Shown: in pieces, positions 1 through 9,826 of the stretch
Layout: each line of letters opens with the position of its first letter
Numbering within the stretch: position 1 is the first letter of the stretch
Virus record (IMG/VR): IMGVR_UViG_3300009448_000011
Span: 32,001-96,000 of that record
DNA: 64,000 nt
Reading direction: 5' to 3' (one strand)
DNA from: a virus
Position numbers and translations under genes: made by a program
Notes under the pieces: model-generated
Seen by the model: only the letters and a program-made list of their open reading frames with translations
Databases searched by the model: none
What the model was told of the DNA's origin: nothing

Positions 1-2
1 CG

Positions 3-3000
3 GCAAAATTACCAACTCATTTAGAAAAAGTAGAAGATGTTTTAAAATTAAGACATGCTTTAGGAAAAGAAGAATTACAAGAGTTTATTGCTTTACAAAA
101 TCAAAAAGCAAAAGGACTTCCTTTCGCAACAGAAGAAGAATCTACTTATAAAAAATTCTTAACAAATATAGATGAAAAATTAACTCAAGTTAATGGAAAG
201 GGAATATCTAAATTAAATAATTTAGATAAAGGGTTTCAGCGTATTTCTTCTTTAACTTCTTTTAGTAAAAGAGCAACTGCCTTTTTAGTTGTAGGGTACT
301 TAGTAAAGTTAGGAATAACTACGGTAGGTAATCAAGGGGGAGAAATAGGAAAAGATAGTTATTTAGATAGACTATATAACAAAGCTAATCAAGTAGGTAA
401 AATAGGACAGCGTAGACAAGATGGAAGTATTGTCGGTTTAGAAGGGTTTATAAGCATAGGTGCAGATGCTTTACGTATAATAACTGGGAGAGATATTGCG
501 GATTTAAATACTGTAGTCAGTAGTCTTGATGGAAAGATGATTAAGAGTACAGGACAAAAATTAAGAACAAATGCAAAAGGAATTGCTGATTTACAAAAAG
601 GAGTAAAAGATTTATCAGAAATGTTAATTGTAGACAATCCTAATGCTTATTTAGCTACTTTTGATTTTGGGGGAAGAACATTACGCAATGATGATAAAGG
701 ATTAACATCTTCTTCTTATTTTCAATTACAAGGGCCTGGGCAAGATATTTCTACAGCTACTTATTCAATGGCGTCTAAATTTATTTTTTCACAATATACA
801 GGAGGACGAGGTAGACTTAGTGGCATTATTGATAAAGGGTTAGCTACTTTTGATAAAAATAATCCAGATACTTGGGATGTAGCAACAGTTAATATTAGAA
901 ATGCAACTAGTATGATGGATGCAATGAAAAATGCTAGACAATATTCTAGAGACACTTCTGCCGCCTTAGCAGGAGATAGTTTAGCAAATATGATATTATC
1001 TTTACGTCAAGAAGCACTTGCACATATTGCGTGGCAACCAACAGATAGTCTTTATACTAATATGTTCTGGGAAAACTATGAAAAACTTAAAGTTAGAAAA
1101 AATCCTTCAAATGTTAATAAATTTTTAAACAAATTAGCCCGTAGTGAAAAAAGTGTATTAAATGAATTTGCTAAATTAATGGAAGAAGGTATTTTTGAAA
1201 ACTTTTTTACTAAATCAGCAATAACTAATGTAATATTTTTTACTGGTAGTGGTAAGCAACCGCCTCAAAGAGGTAATGCTCAATTCATGTCTACAGATAT
1301 TTCTCAGTTATGGTATCAAACACAAGATTTATCTGTTCAAGCAGAAATGTTTAAACAAAGTAGAATAGAACTATATGATCAATATTTCGATAAAGTAATT
1401 ATGCCACTTTCTAGTTCTGGCATTTTTGCTATAATTCCAGAGTGGATGAAAATAGCTGGAATAAGTTTTACTGTAATAGGGGTGTCTGCCGTAATTGTTA
1501 ATAGTATAGCGACTATAACAGAAAATAAAACTTTTAATCAAAGTACAAGTGAATTATTAGATATTTTTGGACGTGTCGAAAATACAATAGGGCCCAAAAT
1601 GAAGGCATATCCTAACGATACTAAAAAAATAATAAAAGAATTAAAAGAACATATAGCTCAGGGACAAAAATATAATTGGAATGTAGATGGACATATCGCT
1701 AAAGGAAGTTCAATAGTTCCTGGGTCTAATTCTGTAATAGGTTTATTAAATATTGGTCAAGAGGGCAAAGCACTTCATGTTCGTTTTGAAATTAATCCTT
1801 ACTTTGAAGCATTAGATGTAAAAGATAGTAATATTTTTATTAACACTTTAGAAACTAAAGGAGAGCACTTAAGAAATCTATTTACATATGTAGAAGACAC
1901 TTTAGATGAAAGTAATAAAACAATAGGAAGAACTCGTAAAAGTATTGCTTCTTCTTTATTAGACCATAGAGAAGTACAAAAATGGTTTAATAAAAATAGT
2001 ACTGGTAATATTATAGAAAGTGTTTATGATATATTCACTACAACACACACAATAATAAGTAAATCTGAATTTATAGGATCTGCTGTAACTAATTTTCAAG
2101 ACAAATTCAAACAAGGTTTAGATAGATTGTTTGATTTAAATGATATGAATAAAGTAAATCATCATTTATTACAAACAGTAATGGTAAATGGTGAAGAAAT
2201 GTTAGTAGCAGAACTATTAGATCCTGATTTTCATACAAGTGGAATATCTAATGCCGATGAATTTGGCCCTGCTACTTCTTTAGAATCAAGAAAACAAGTA
2301 TACATACAAAAATATCAAGAAGCCAAATTAAAGTTTCAAAAAGAAGTACAAGAAATTGTAGAACAAGAATATTCTAAAATTGCTTTTAAGGGTAAGGGTT
2401 CAACTTTAATAGACGATACTGCTCAAATTGCAGAAGCAAACCGAAAAGCTCTTATGGCTATAAAAACAAAAATGGTTGACCCTAGTAGCTCTATTGGAGC
2501 TGTTGTAAAAGGTGCAGGAATAATACAAGCTACTACTTTACTAGATCAACAAGCAACTATAAGCGAAGCAACAAAAGGTTCTCAAAGAAAATCAAATAAA
2601 AGTATTGTTAGAGATAATTCAGTTAAAGGAAATCCTATAGATACTTTTACAGACGATGTATGGGAAACTTTACATTATACGCGGCCTTTAGGTAATGTAG
2701 GTTTTTGGGATAATTTAGCTGCAGGAGGTAAAGGTTTAATAGTTGCCGGCTGTACTTTTTTTGATGTACTAAGTGGTGCAGATGTACTAGGTTCTTATTT
2801 AAGAGTAGCAGAAATACAAAGTAATCCGTACGCGACAGATTTAGATAAAGAAATGGCTAGTAAAGAGTTAGGAAGATCGTTACTAGCTTCGTTAATAGGG
2901 GTAGGACTGGGACTAGCAAGTAATAAATTGTTAGGAATATTTGGTAACGAAAAAGTAAGAAATTTTTTAACTAAACCTAGTAATATAGTGAAGAGTGCTT

Positions 3001-4358
3001 TAGGGTTAGTAACAGGAGGGTTAATAGGAGGGGCAGCGTGGAAAAGTATTATTGGACCAGGGTTGGATAAATTAGCCAAAAAAGGTTCTTCTAGTAATAT
3101 AGAAAATAGACTAAATAAAGGATTTGCTGACTTAGGGTTTACTGCAGGAGATTTCTTAGGTAAAGTTGCGAGCGCTCCTGTAATAGGGGCATATAATTTA
3201 GGAAATAAAATTGGAATTGGGAAAGAAGCGGCTTTTTTTACTGGAGGTTTTTCTGGAGGCTTTGTTTTAGGAAGTATAGTTGGAACAGGACTTGCTGCTT
3301 TTGGTTTATCAATAAGTTTACCTGTATTGGCTTTATCTACGGTAGGGGTGGGGTTAGCAGTAGGGGTTGCCGCAATATTTGGGGGCAAACAGATGACTAG
3401 TGGTATGTCATATGCTACTAAAGAATTTATGAAAATTCCTATTATAGGTCAATCTATAGGATTAACAGATCCCTACAGAGCCATAAGAAATCAAGAAAGA
3501 TTTAAACATAATTTTAAAGATAGTCCTTTCTTGTTAGGGTATGTTGGAGATATTGTTAATAGTAATTGGATGCAATTATTGTCTGCTGCAGAAAACCCAG
3601 GAGGCAGAGATACTGTTGCTTTATTATTTGGGGATGTATTGGGTCAAGGAGAAGAATATAATACTGGTTCTGCTTGGAAACAAAATGCAGCAGAGAGTTC
3701 TATAGGAGGCCCCCGACCTATTATTGATGAAGTAATTCAAAATGAATTACGTATTAGAGCGGAAGCTTATTCTGATGCAGTAATTGGGCGTTATAGTTGG
3801 GAGCAAATACTAGCACATGCAGATAATAGTAATGTAATTAAATCACAAGAAGCATTACAAAGAGCTGAAAAAGTTAAGATACAAGAAAAGGCTAGGGCTC
3901 AATTATTAAAAAGTGCTAAAGATGCAGGAGGCCCTACTGCTGCGCTTAAAACAGGTAATTCTAGAACAAGTGCAGTAACTCAACAACAATTAGCAAAAAT
4001 AGAACAAGTATATAATGATTTAGACACATATGGAAAACCTCATGTACAAGTAACTGCTGCAAGTGTAACAACACATAAATCTAAAACAAGTAATTCTGAT
4101 TTAAAAGCAGGAGATAAAGCCAAGGCTCAAACTATTAATCCAGGGGGTACTTTATTAGCCCCCATTACTAAAAATCATGTATATAAAACTAAAGTAGTAA
4201 TTAATAATAAAATGGCAGTAATTAATTTTAATAAAGAACAAGACCCCATGAACCCTATTTTATTAGCACAAGCAGAAGTTATGGGGGCTAATAAAGCAAA
4301 TTCACCTGATGTACAAACACAAGTGAATTCTTATAATGCTTATAAAAATGAAAATTAA
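3..4358 (+). CDS. Very large virion/tape-measure-like protein, 5'-truncated by window edge
   Basis: The frame of the 537..4358 ORF reads open from position 3 (AKLPTHLEKV...) as far as I traced it; Gly/Ala-rich hydrophobic segments in the C-terminal half. Function is inferred. Confidence 0.45.
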   Translation, partial: AKLPTHLEKVEDVLKLRHALGKEELQEFIALQNQKAKGLPFATEEESTYKKFLTNIDEKLTQVNGKGISKLNNLDKGFQRISSLTSFSKRATAFLVVGYLVKLGITTVGNQGGEIGKDSYLDRLYNKANQVGKIGQRRQDGSIVGLEGFISIGADALRIITGRDIADLNTVVSSLDGKMIKSTGQKLRTNAKGIADLQKGVKDLSEMLIVDNPNAYLATFDFGGRTLRNDDKGLTSSSYFQLQGPGQDISTATYSMASKFIFSQYTGGRGRLSGIIDKGLATFDKNNPDTWDVATVNIRNATSMMDAMKNARQYSRDTSAALAGDSLANMILSLRQEALAHIAWQPTDSLYTNMFWENYEKLKVRKNPSNVNKFLNKLARSEKSVLNEFAKLMEEGIFENFFTKSAITNVIFFTGSGKQPPQRGNAQFMSTDISQLWYQTQDLSVQAEMFKQSRIELYDQYFDKVIMPLSSSGIFAIIPEWMKIAGISFTVIGVSAVIVNSIATITENKTFNQSTSELLDIFGRVENTIGPKMKAYPNDTKKIIKELKEHIAQGQKYNWNVDGHIAKGSSIVPGSNSVIGLLNIGQEGKALHVRFEINPYFEALDVKDSNIFINTLETKGEHLRNLFTYVEDTLDESNKTIGRTRKSIASSLLDHREVQKWFNKNSTGNIIESVYDIFTTTHTIISKSEFIGSAVTNFQDKFKQGLDRLFDLNDMNKVNHHLLQTVMVNGEEMLVAELLDPDFHTSGISNADEFGPATSLESRKQVYIQKYQEAKLKFQKEVQEIVEQEYSKIAFKGKGSTLIDDTAQIAEANRKALMAIKTKMVDPSSSIGAVVKGAGIIQATTLLDQQATISEATKGSQRKSNKSIVRDNSVKGNPIDTFTDDVWETLHYTRPLGNVGFWDNLAAGGKGLIVAGCTFFDVLSGADVLGSYLRVAEIQSNPYATDLDKEMASKELGRSLLASLIGVGLGLASNKLLGIFGNEKVRNFLTKPSNIVKSALGLVTGGLIGGAAWKSIIGPGLDKLAKKGSSSNIENRLNKGFADLGFTAGDFLGKVASAPVIGAYNLGNKIGIGKEAAFFTGGFSGGFVLGSIVGTGLAAFGLSISLPVLALSTVGVGLAVGVAAIFGGKQMTSGMSYATKEFMKIPIIGQSIGLTDPYRAIRNQERFKHNFKDSPFLLGYVGDIVNSNWMQLLSAAENPGGRDTVALLFGDVLGQGEEYNTGSAWKQNAAESSIGGPRPIIDEVIQNELRIRAEAYSDAVIGRYSWEQILAHADNSNVIKSQEALQRAEKVKIQEKARAQLLKSAKDAGGPTAALKTGNSRTSAVTQQQLAKIEQVYNDLDTYGKPHVQVTAASVTTHKSKTSNSDLKAGDKAKAQTINPGGTLLAPITKNHVYKTKVVINNKMAVINFNKEQDPMNPILLAQAEVMGANKANSPDVQTQVNSYNAYKNEN

Positions 4359-5044
4359 GTGGGGGGCAATAAAGCATTAAATAGTGCTTTATCTTGTTCT
4401 AATTTTTGTATGATTACTTGAGCAGTATTTGGATCAATAGTTCTAATAGTATCAATTACTAAATATTTAAACTCGTCTAATTTTTGCTGTTGATTTACAG
4501 TTTTAAGTATTTCTTTAGCATCTCGTGTCAAAGTTCTAATATCTTTTAATACTTCTAGTATTACTTGTTCTCTAGTAGTTTTACCTTTAAAGAACTCTTC
4601 TTTATTAGTGCTTCTAATTTCTTCTAAATGATCTTGTAATTGTTCAAAAATAATTTGCATTCGTTCTTGAACATTAAAAATATTTCCATAATTTTTAACT
4701 TTCCTAGTATGCATAATATTAGAATAATTATCATACCAATATTTCAATTCATCTATGGTAATACCTTGCCCACTAATAATACTTAAACTTTGCGCGGTAT
4801 CTTTTAATGAAACTCCTGAATTAGCAAATTTAACTGCATGTTCTGATAAACCAAATCTATCTATTTTATGTTCTTCTATTTTTATATAGTAATCTTCATT
4901 TTCTTGCAAACTACCTATAATAAGAGCAAAACTTTCTTCTAAATCTGAAAATTCTTTTATTCCAAAAACGCCCGTATTAACAATAGCTTCTTTTAATTTT
5001 AATTGAAAATCTAGTAGATATGGTTTTAGTTTTACTTCAATCAT
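4355..5044 (-). CDS. Hypothetical helical protein
   Basis: 229 aa ORF; stop overlaps the convergent gene (TTAA); no motif recognised. Confidence 0.5.
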   Translation of the reverse strand: MIEVKLKPYLLDFQLKLKEAIVNTGVFGIKEFSDLEESFALIIGSLQENEDYYIKIEEHKIDRFGLSEHAVKFANSGVSLKDTAQSLSIISGQGITIDELKYWYDNYSNIMHTRKVKNYGNIFNVQERMQIIFEQLQDHLEEIRSTNKEEFFKGKTTREQVILEVLKDIRTLTRDAKEILKTVNQQQKLDEFKYLVIDTIRTIDPNTAQVIIQKLEQDKALFNALLPPT

Positions 5045-5426
5045 TTTCGTTATAAGTATCTTGATATATAATATCTACTCCATCTAATTTTTCAATTAAA
5101 GGAATTTCATTATTATACGAAGTACCGTGCATTAGCCAATTTTGTAAGATATACATTGCTTTATCCCATTGTCTTTTTAATGTACTACTATCCAGAAACA
5201 ATGATTGCGCAATATCAGACCTACTTCTATTTGTCATATATCTATACGTAAGTAATCTATGCAAAGTAGGATCTGTTGTTTTTAATTTTATTAACGCTTC
5301 TTTTACTTGTTCGTAACTAAATACTTGATCAATTTCTTCTGTACAACATCTATATTCTTTTTTCCAAGGAAATTCAACCCTTAAATAAATAGTTAATAAC
5401 CTTAATCCTGGATGACTTCTTGCCAT
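5037..5426 (-). CDS. HTH transcription regulator (sigma region-4/RinA-like)
   Basis: LLTYRYMTNRSRSDIAQSLFLDSSTLKR resembles a sigma-4/LuxR-type HTH. Confidence 0.5.
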   Translation of the reverse strand: MARSHPGLRLLTIYLRVEFPWKKEYRCCTEEIDQVFSYEQVKEALIKLKTTDPTLHRLLTYRYMTNRSRSDIAQSLFLDSSTLKRQWDKAMYILQNWLMHGTSYNNEIPLIEKLDGVDIIYQDTYNEND

Positions 5427-5509
5427 ATTGTTAATATATATATATATATACGCTAAATTTAATACATGTGTATATTAACAATAAATAGGCAAAATGTCAA
5501 ATAAAATAT

Positions 5510-6646
5510 TTAAAATGAGACAAGAAAATCATCAGAAAAAGAATGTCGAGTAGAAAATTCGTAGGATTGGGGCCAACAATTTTTAAGAAAAGGACAAGGA
5601 GCATTAAAGCTATTTAAACAAGCAGAATATCTAGAATCAGGATAATGTTTAACAAAGTTATTATTAATAATATTGTTGATAACAGTATTAAAACCTTTTA
5701 TTACTTCTGTCTGTAATTCTTTATCCACAGGAACTAAGACTAAATCATTTTTTAACAAAGATAAAATACCAATATATTCAATAGGTTGTTGTAAAACATA
5801 TTCTGCTCCTGCGGCATATAACAGTAATTGTTGATTATGTTGTACAATACTTTTATTAAAAGTTTCTTTAGATGTTTTATAGTCTATTACAGCAGTAACT
5901 AATTGACCATTTACTTGCACTTTAGAAATATTATCAATAAATCCATTTAAATATATATTTGGATGTGTGCAATCAGGAAAAGGAACTGGATTTATTAAAG
6001 TGTTAGTTTTTTTATCCCAATTACTAAGGGGCAATTCTAAATGTAAAATATCTTTAAATTCTTCAGGAGTGCTGTACTTAGAAGCTAGTTTAAATGATTT
6101 AGAAAACACATCAGTAATGGAAACTAATTCTAGTCCATTTTTACCACTTTGAATAGTGTAATCAATTAGTTCTTTTCTATCTGCTAATCGTAATCTTTTA
6201 ACTTCAGATTTCCAAATTCCTGTTTGTTCAGGAACTTTAGGTACTTCTCCTTTTCCTGTGCGAATAGCGTCTACTCCTCTATAACGAAACGAAGCTCTTA
6301 AATATAAATTAGAAATATCTTCATGATATTCTAATAATTCTCCTAATATACTTTCAATAGAAACAATACCTATTTTACCAAATTCAGTAGAAAGTATTTT
6401 AAAAAAAGCATCTTGGGCATTGTTAACTTCAGGATCTTCTACTCCATATAAATATTCAAGAGTAGCATGCATTAATGTTCCTGTTAAAGTAGCAGTACTT
6501 TGATTATATACATCTAATTTATCTACATACTTTAATTTAAACATTTGAGAACACTCTTTATATGTTTTAATTTTACTAACTGAAAATGTTCTATAATCAT
6601 TCTGCGAAGTATACTGAGATGTTTCAGTTATTTTATTAGATTTCAT
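5510..6646 (-). CDS. PD-(D/E)xK RecB/Cas4-like exonuclease
   Basis: FSVSKIKTYKEC, GTLMHATLE, GFIDNI, IDYKTS, QLLLYA and terminal C..CPF..C. Confidence 0.85.
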   Translation of the reverse strand: MKSNKITETSQYTSQNDYRTFSVSKIKTYKECSQMFKLKYVDKLDVYNQSTATLTGTLMHATLEYLYGVEDPEVNNAQDAFFKILSTEFGKIGIVSIESILGELLEYHEDISNLYLRASFRYRGVDAIRTGKGEVPKVPEQTGIWKSEVKRLRLADRKELIDYTIQSGKNGLELVSITDVFSKSFKLASKYSTPEEFKDILHLELPLSNWDKKTNTLINPVPFPDCTHPNIYLNGFIDNISKVQVNGQLVTAVIDYKTSKETFNKSIVQHNQQLLLYAAGAEYVLQQPIEYIGILSLLKNDLVLVPVDKELQTEVIKGFNTVINNIINNNFVKHYPDSRYSACLNSFNAPCPFLKNCWPQSYEFSTRHSFSDDFLVSF

Positions 6647-6666
6647 TGGTGTTAATTAAGTTATTT

Positions 6667-7200
6667 TTAGTGCGATTTTTTCAAACTAAGACCGTAGGCA
6701 GCTATACAAATAGCATCTGCTAATCCATCACTAGGTTTAGTTTGTCTTTTACTAGTAAATAAATAACTATTACCGTATGTTTGTTCTACATAGGCAATAG
6801 CAGGTAATTTAGTTTTTTTATAATTATAAGGATTTATATCATCAGGATTTACTTTTTTAAAAATAGAAGTCTGCCAATCTTGTGCATTAATTTCTTGTAA
6901 ATTATCACACTGCGCAAAACATAATCCGTGTAATAATCCAAATTGATACATTGTTTTACTACCACTAGACATTCCTTGACTTCTTAAAATAAACTGTCTT
7001 TCTATATAAATACCTTCTACAATTTCTACATTATTGGAAGTATATTTTGTTATAAACTCATACACAATTTTTAAATCTATATAATTTCCTTTTCGATGGG
7101 GTCTAGTGCATAACGGCATTTTTATTATATCCACTATTCCTGTTGGATTAAGAACACAAATCCCGCCATTCAATCCAGGGTCAATACCTATAATATTCAT
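6667..7200 (-). CDS. ruvC: RuvC-like Holliday junction resolvase
   Basis: IIGIDPGLNGG, IYIE, DGLADAICIA. Confidence 0.85.
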   Translation of the reverse strand: MNIIGIDPGLNGGICVLNPTGIVDIIKMPLCTRPHRKGNYIDLKIVYEFITKYTSNNVEIVEGIYIERQFILRSQGMSSGSKTMYQFGLLHGLCFAQCDNLQEINAQDWQTSIFKKVNPDDINPYNYKKTKLPAIAYVEQTYGNSYLFTSKRQTKPSDGLADAICIAAYGLSLKKSH

Positions 7201-7233
7201 ACGATATAAAAAAAACTATATTAATATTATAGT

Positions 7234-7590
7234 TTAATATCTTTTACGAGATTTAATTAAAAAATCCCAATAACAAGTAATTAAATAAAATTCTTGATCT
7301 ATCCAATTACCTATAATAGTTAATCCTCGTAATTTATTGGAATATTTTTCATAAGATGTATTTAATAAATTACGATCTAATAATGTATATCTTATGTCTT
7401 GATAACTATATTTTTTAGTCCCATAGTTTAAAGTAAGCAACATCATATTAGTAGTAATTGCTCTTTGTTGTTGTTTTCTTTCAACATGTAGAACATCTTT
7501 TTCATTACTAACTATATGAAGTTGCTTAATTAAAATAGAGTTATCATTAGCAATAAGAGAGTCTAATTGCTTAATGTTTCTCATGATCAT
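7234..7590 (-). CDS. Hypothetical protein (DUF4258-like)
   Basis: HVERKQQQRAIT...LITCYW pattern; weak. Confidence 0.4.
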   Translation of the reverse strand: MIMRNIKQLDSLIANDNSILIKQLHIVSNEKDVLHVERKQQQRAITTNMMLLTLNYGTKKYSYQDIRYTLLDRNLLNTSYEKYSNKLRGLTIIGNWIDQEFYLITCYWDFLIKSRKRY

Positions 7591-7955
7591 TTACCTAAAC
7601 TAATAAACTCTTCAAATAATACAATGTCATCTTTAAAATAAGTCTCATATAACTCTAATTTAAAACTTTTATAGTTAGTAAGTCTGAAAGGCATATCTAA
7701 AAATTGAATTACTGCTTCATTATCATAAGCAAGTTTTTCTTTCTCACTAAATTGTGTTCCTAACCCTAACATTATAAATAAAGCGTTAACTATTCTAATG
7801 TTATTAACATAAGTGTTTAGTTCATAGTCATCTTCTAAATTTACTGCATGAGAAGCTAAACGATAATCAATTAATTTAATTATAAAGTTTAAATCTAAAT
7901 TATGGTCTGCTGCAAATTGAACTATATCTTTTATTAATAAGTTTACTAAATTCAT
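7587..7955 (-). CDS. Hypothetical protein
   Basis: 122 aa, translationally coupled to its neighbours. Confidence 0.55.
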   Translation of the reverse strand: MNLVNLLIKDIVQFAADHNLDLNFIIKLIDYRLASHAVNLEDDYELNTYVNNIRIVNALFIMLGLGTQFSEKEKLAYDNEAVIQFLDMPFRLTNYKSFKLELYETYFKDDIVLFEEFISLGK

Positions 7956-8572
7956 GAATTTTTATTTTTAAGTATATTATTTAAATCAATTAATTCTCTC
8001 AAAAACCAAGCAGGTTTAGGTTCAATATTTTTACATAAAGAAATACAATTACTTAATATATAATTAGAAGGTAAAAATTTAAAAGTACATATTAAATCTT
8101 TATGCGCATTAATATTTTTTTCTAGTTCTATATAATTTACTTTATGTATATAATGATTAGATCTTCTTATTAAATATTGTTTACGATAAAAACACGCACA
8201 TAATACTGTTAATTTTTCATCCCATGTTTCTGGAATGGTTATTTTATTAATCTTTAACGGTCGATGTTTTGTAAGGGATACTGATTTGTAATAACTCATT
8301 ATTTTAGATTCTGCTTCCAAAATAGAATAAGAACCTTTACTATTTATAGTAGTTGCAGGTATAGAAATCATACTAAATCTAGTTTTTAAAAGATAATCAT
8401 ATTCGCTTAAATTAGAAGGAATTTCATTAAAATTAAAAGGAGCGGGATCTAATAACACAGAAGGAATAATTTCTTTATTTAATTTGTAAAAATTATGTAA
8501 AAACCCTACAGTAATCCAAGGTCCTATTAACGCACTAGAAGGTCCTTTAAACGTATATAAATTTAATTTCAT
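7952..8572 (-). CDS. Hypothetical protein
   Basis: 206 aa, coupled to the primase stop. Confidence 0.55.
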   Translation of the reverse strand: MKLNLYTFKGPSSALIGPWITVGFLHNFYKLNKEIIPSVLLDPAPFNFNEIPSNLSEYDYLLKTRFSMISIPATTINSKGSYSILEAESKIMSYYKSVSLTKHRPLKINKITIPETWDEKLTVLCACFYRKQYLIRRSNHYIHKVNYIELEKNINAHKDLICTFKFLPSNYILSNCISLCKNIEPKPAWFLRELIDLNNILKNKNS

Positions 8573-9822
8573 TAGTCTCCGAGTATTTTTAAAACATATT
8601 GTAATGGGGTTAGATCCGCAGGAATAAATTTTTCTAAGTGAATAAAGCCTCTATTAGTTGCATTAATAAGTTTGGCTGCCGTTTTATGATAAGTCATATC
8701 TCCTTTATGTAGTTCTATATAGTGTTCAACAATATCTTTAGATAGACTATTTAGTTCTCTTATTAAGTTGGAAGAATTACATTCTAAATAAAGATAAAAA
8801 TCATTAATATCCTTAACTAAATTGTTATTAAAAGATAAGCCTTCTGGGACCATGACTGTTTTGATCAGCACTTCTTTACCTAAATACAATTGTAGACTTA
8901 CTAGTTGTTCTAGTACAATTCTCCACGATTTAAATTGACCTGGAAAATGGGGATGATCTACCTCAAACCTATCATTATCAAACACAGCAATAATTGTATT
9001 AAAATCTTGAATTTTATTACTTTGTTTAAGTATTTTAGCTAAGCCCATTAATCCCACTACATTGCATCCACTTTGTTTTAATATATACGCATCCCCTACC
9101 CCTTCTACTAAAAATAAAACTTTTTTATTATTTTTATATAACTGTATATGTTTTTCAAATAATAAATAATCCTTGCATGAATTAATTATCGGTATTGCTT
9201 TAGTATCTAAGTATTTATACTCAGTACATTCTCCTGGAAAAAAACGACCAGTCAAATGTACTAAATGTCCTTGTAAATTATAAACAGGAAAGATTATACG
9301 ATTAAAAAGAAACTCACCTGTAGTATTAGCAAGGTTATGGCGTCTAAGAGCATTTATATTTATAGAATAATCTTTTAATACATTATTAGTAGGAGCATAT
9401 CCTATTTCTTCTTGTTTAATAAAGTCAGGGGTAAATCCTCTACTAAATAAATAATCTTGTGCTTTAGAATCTTTATTTAATTCATTATTATACGCACTAA
9501 GTACAGAAGAAAGAAATTCTGTACGTGTAGTATAAAATTCTTGCTGAACTTCAATATCAATATTACCTATATTTTCTAAAAACAACAGCGCTTCGTAAAA
9601 AGAACACTGTTTTATTTTTTGATAAATAGAAAGTTTATCTCCTTTAACATTACATTTAGAACTAAAACATTTAAAGTAATATTCATATAAGTACCCTTTA
9701 TTTTTAGAAAAACAAAACGGACAATCTACTGTACCTTTATTTTTATTAAATCCAATATTTAACTCCATCCAGCTATTACTTTCTCTTGCTAATTCAATTC
9801 TATTTAAAAATAAGGAATCCAT
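8572..9822 (-). CDS. dnaG: DnaG-type DNA primase
   Basis: CPFC zinc finger, YLFSRGF, NRIIFPV, TOPRIM VEGVGD and FDND. Confidence 0.9.
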   Translation of the reverse strand: MDSLFLNRIELARESNSWMELNIGFNKNKGTVDCPFCFSKNKGYLYEYYFKCFSSKCNVKGDKLSIYQKIKQCSFYEALLFLENIGNIDIEVQQEFYTTRTEFLSSVLSAYNNELNKDSKAQDYLFSRGFTPDFIKQEEIGYAPTNNVLKDYSININALRRHNLANTTGEFLFNRIIFPVYNLQGHLVHLTGRFFPGECTEYKYLDTKAIPIINSCKDYLLFEKHIQLYKNNKKVLFLVEGVGDAYILKQSGCNVVGLMGLAKILKQSNKIQDFNTIIAVFDNDRFEVDHPHFPGQFKSWRIVLEQLVSLQLYLGKEVLIKTVMVPEGLSFNNNLVKDINDFYLYLECNSSNLIRELNSLSKDIVEHYIELHKGDMTYHKTAAKLINATNRGFIHLEKFIPADLTPLQYVLKILGD

Positions 9823-9826
9823 ATTT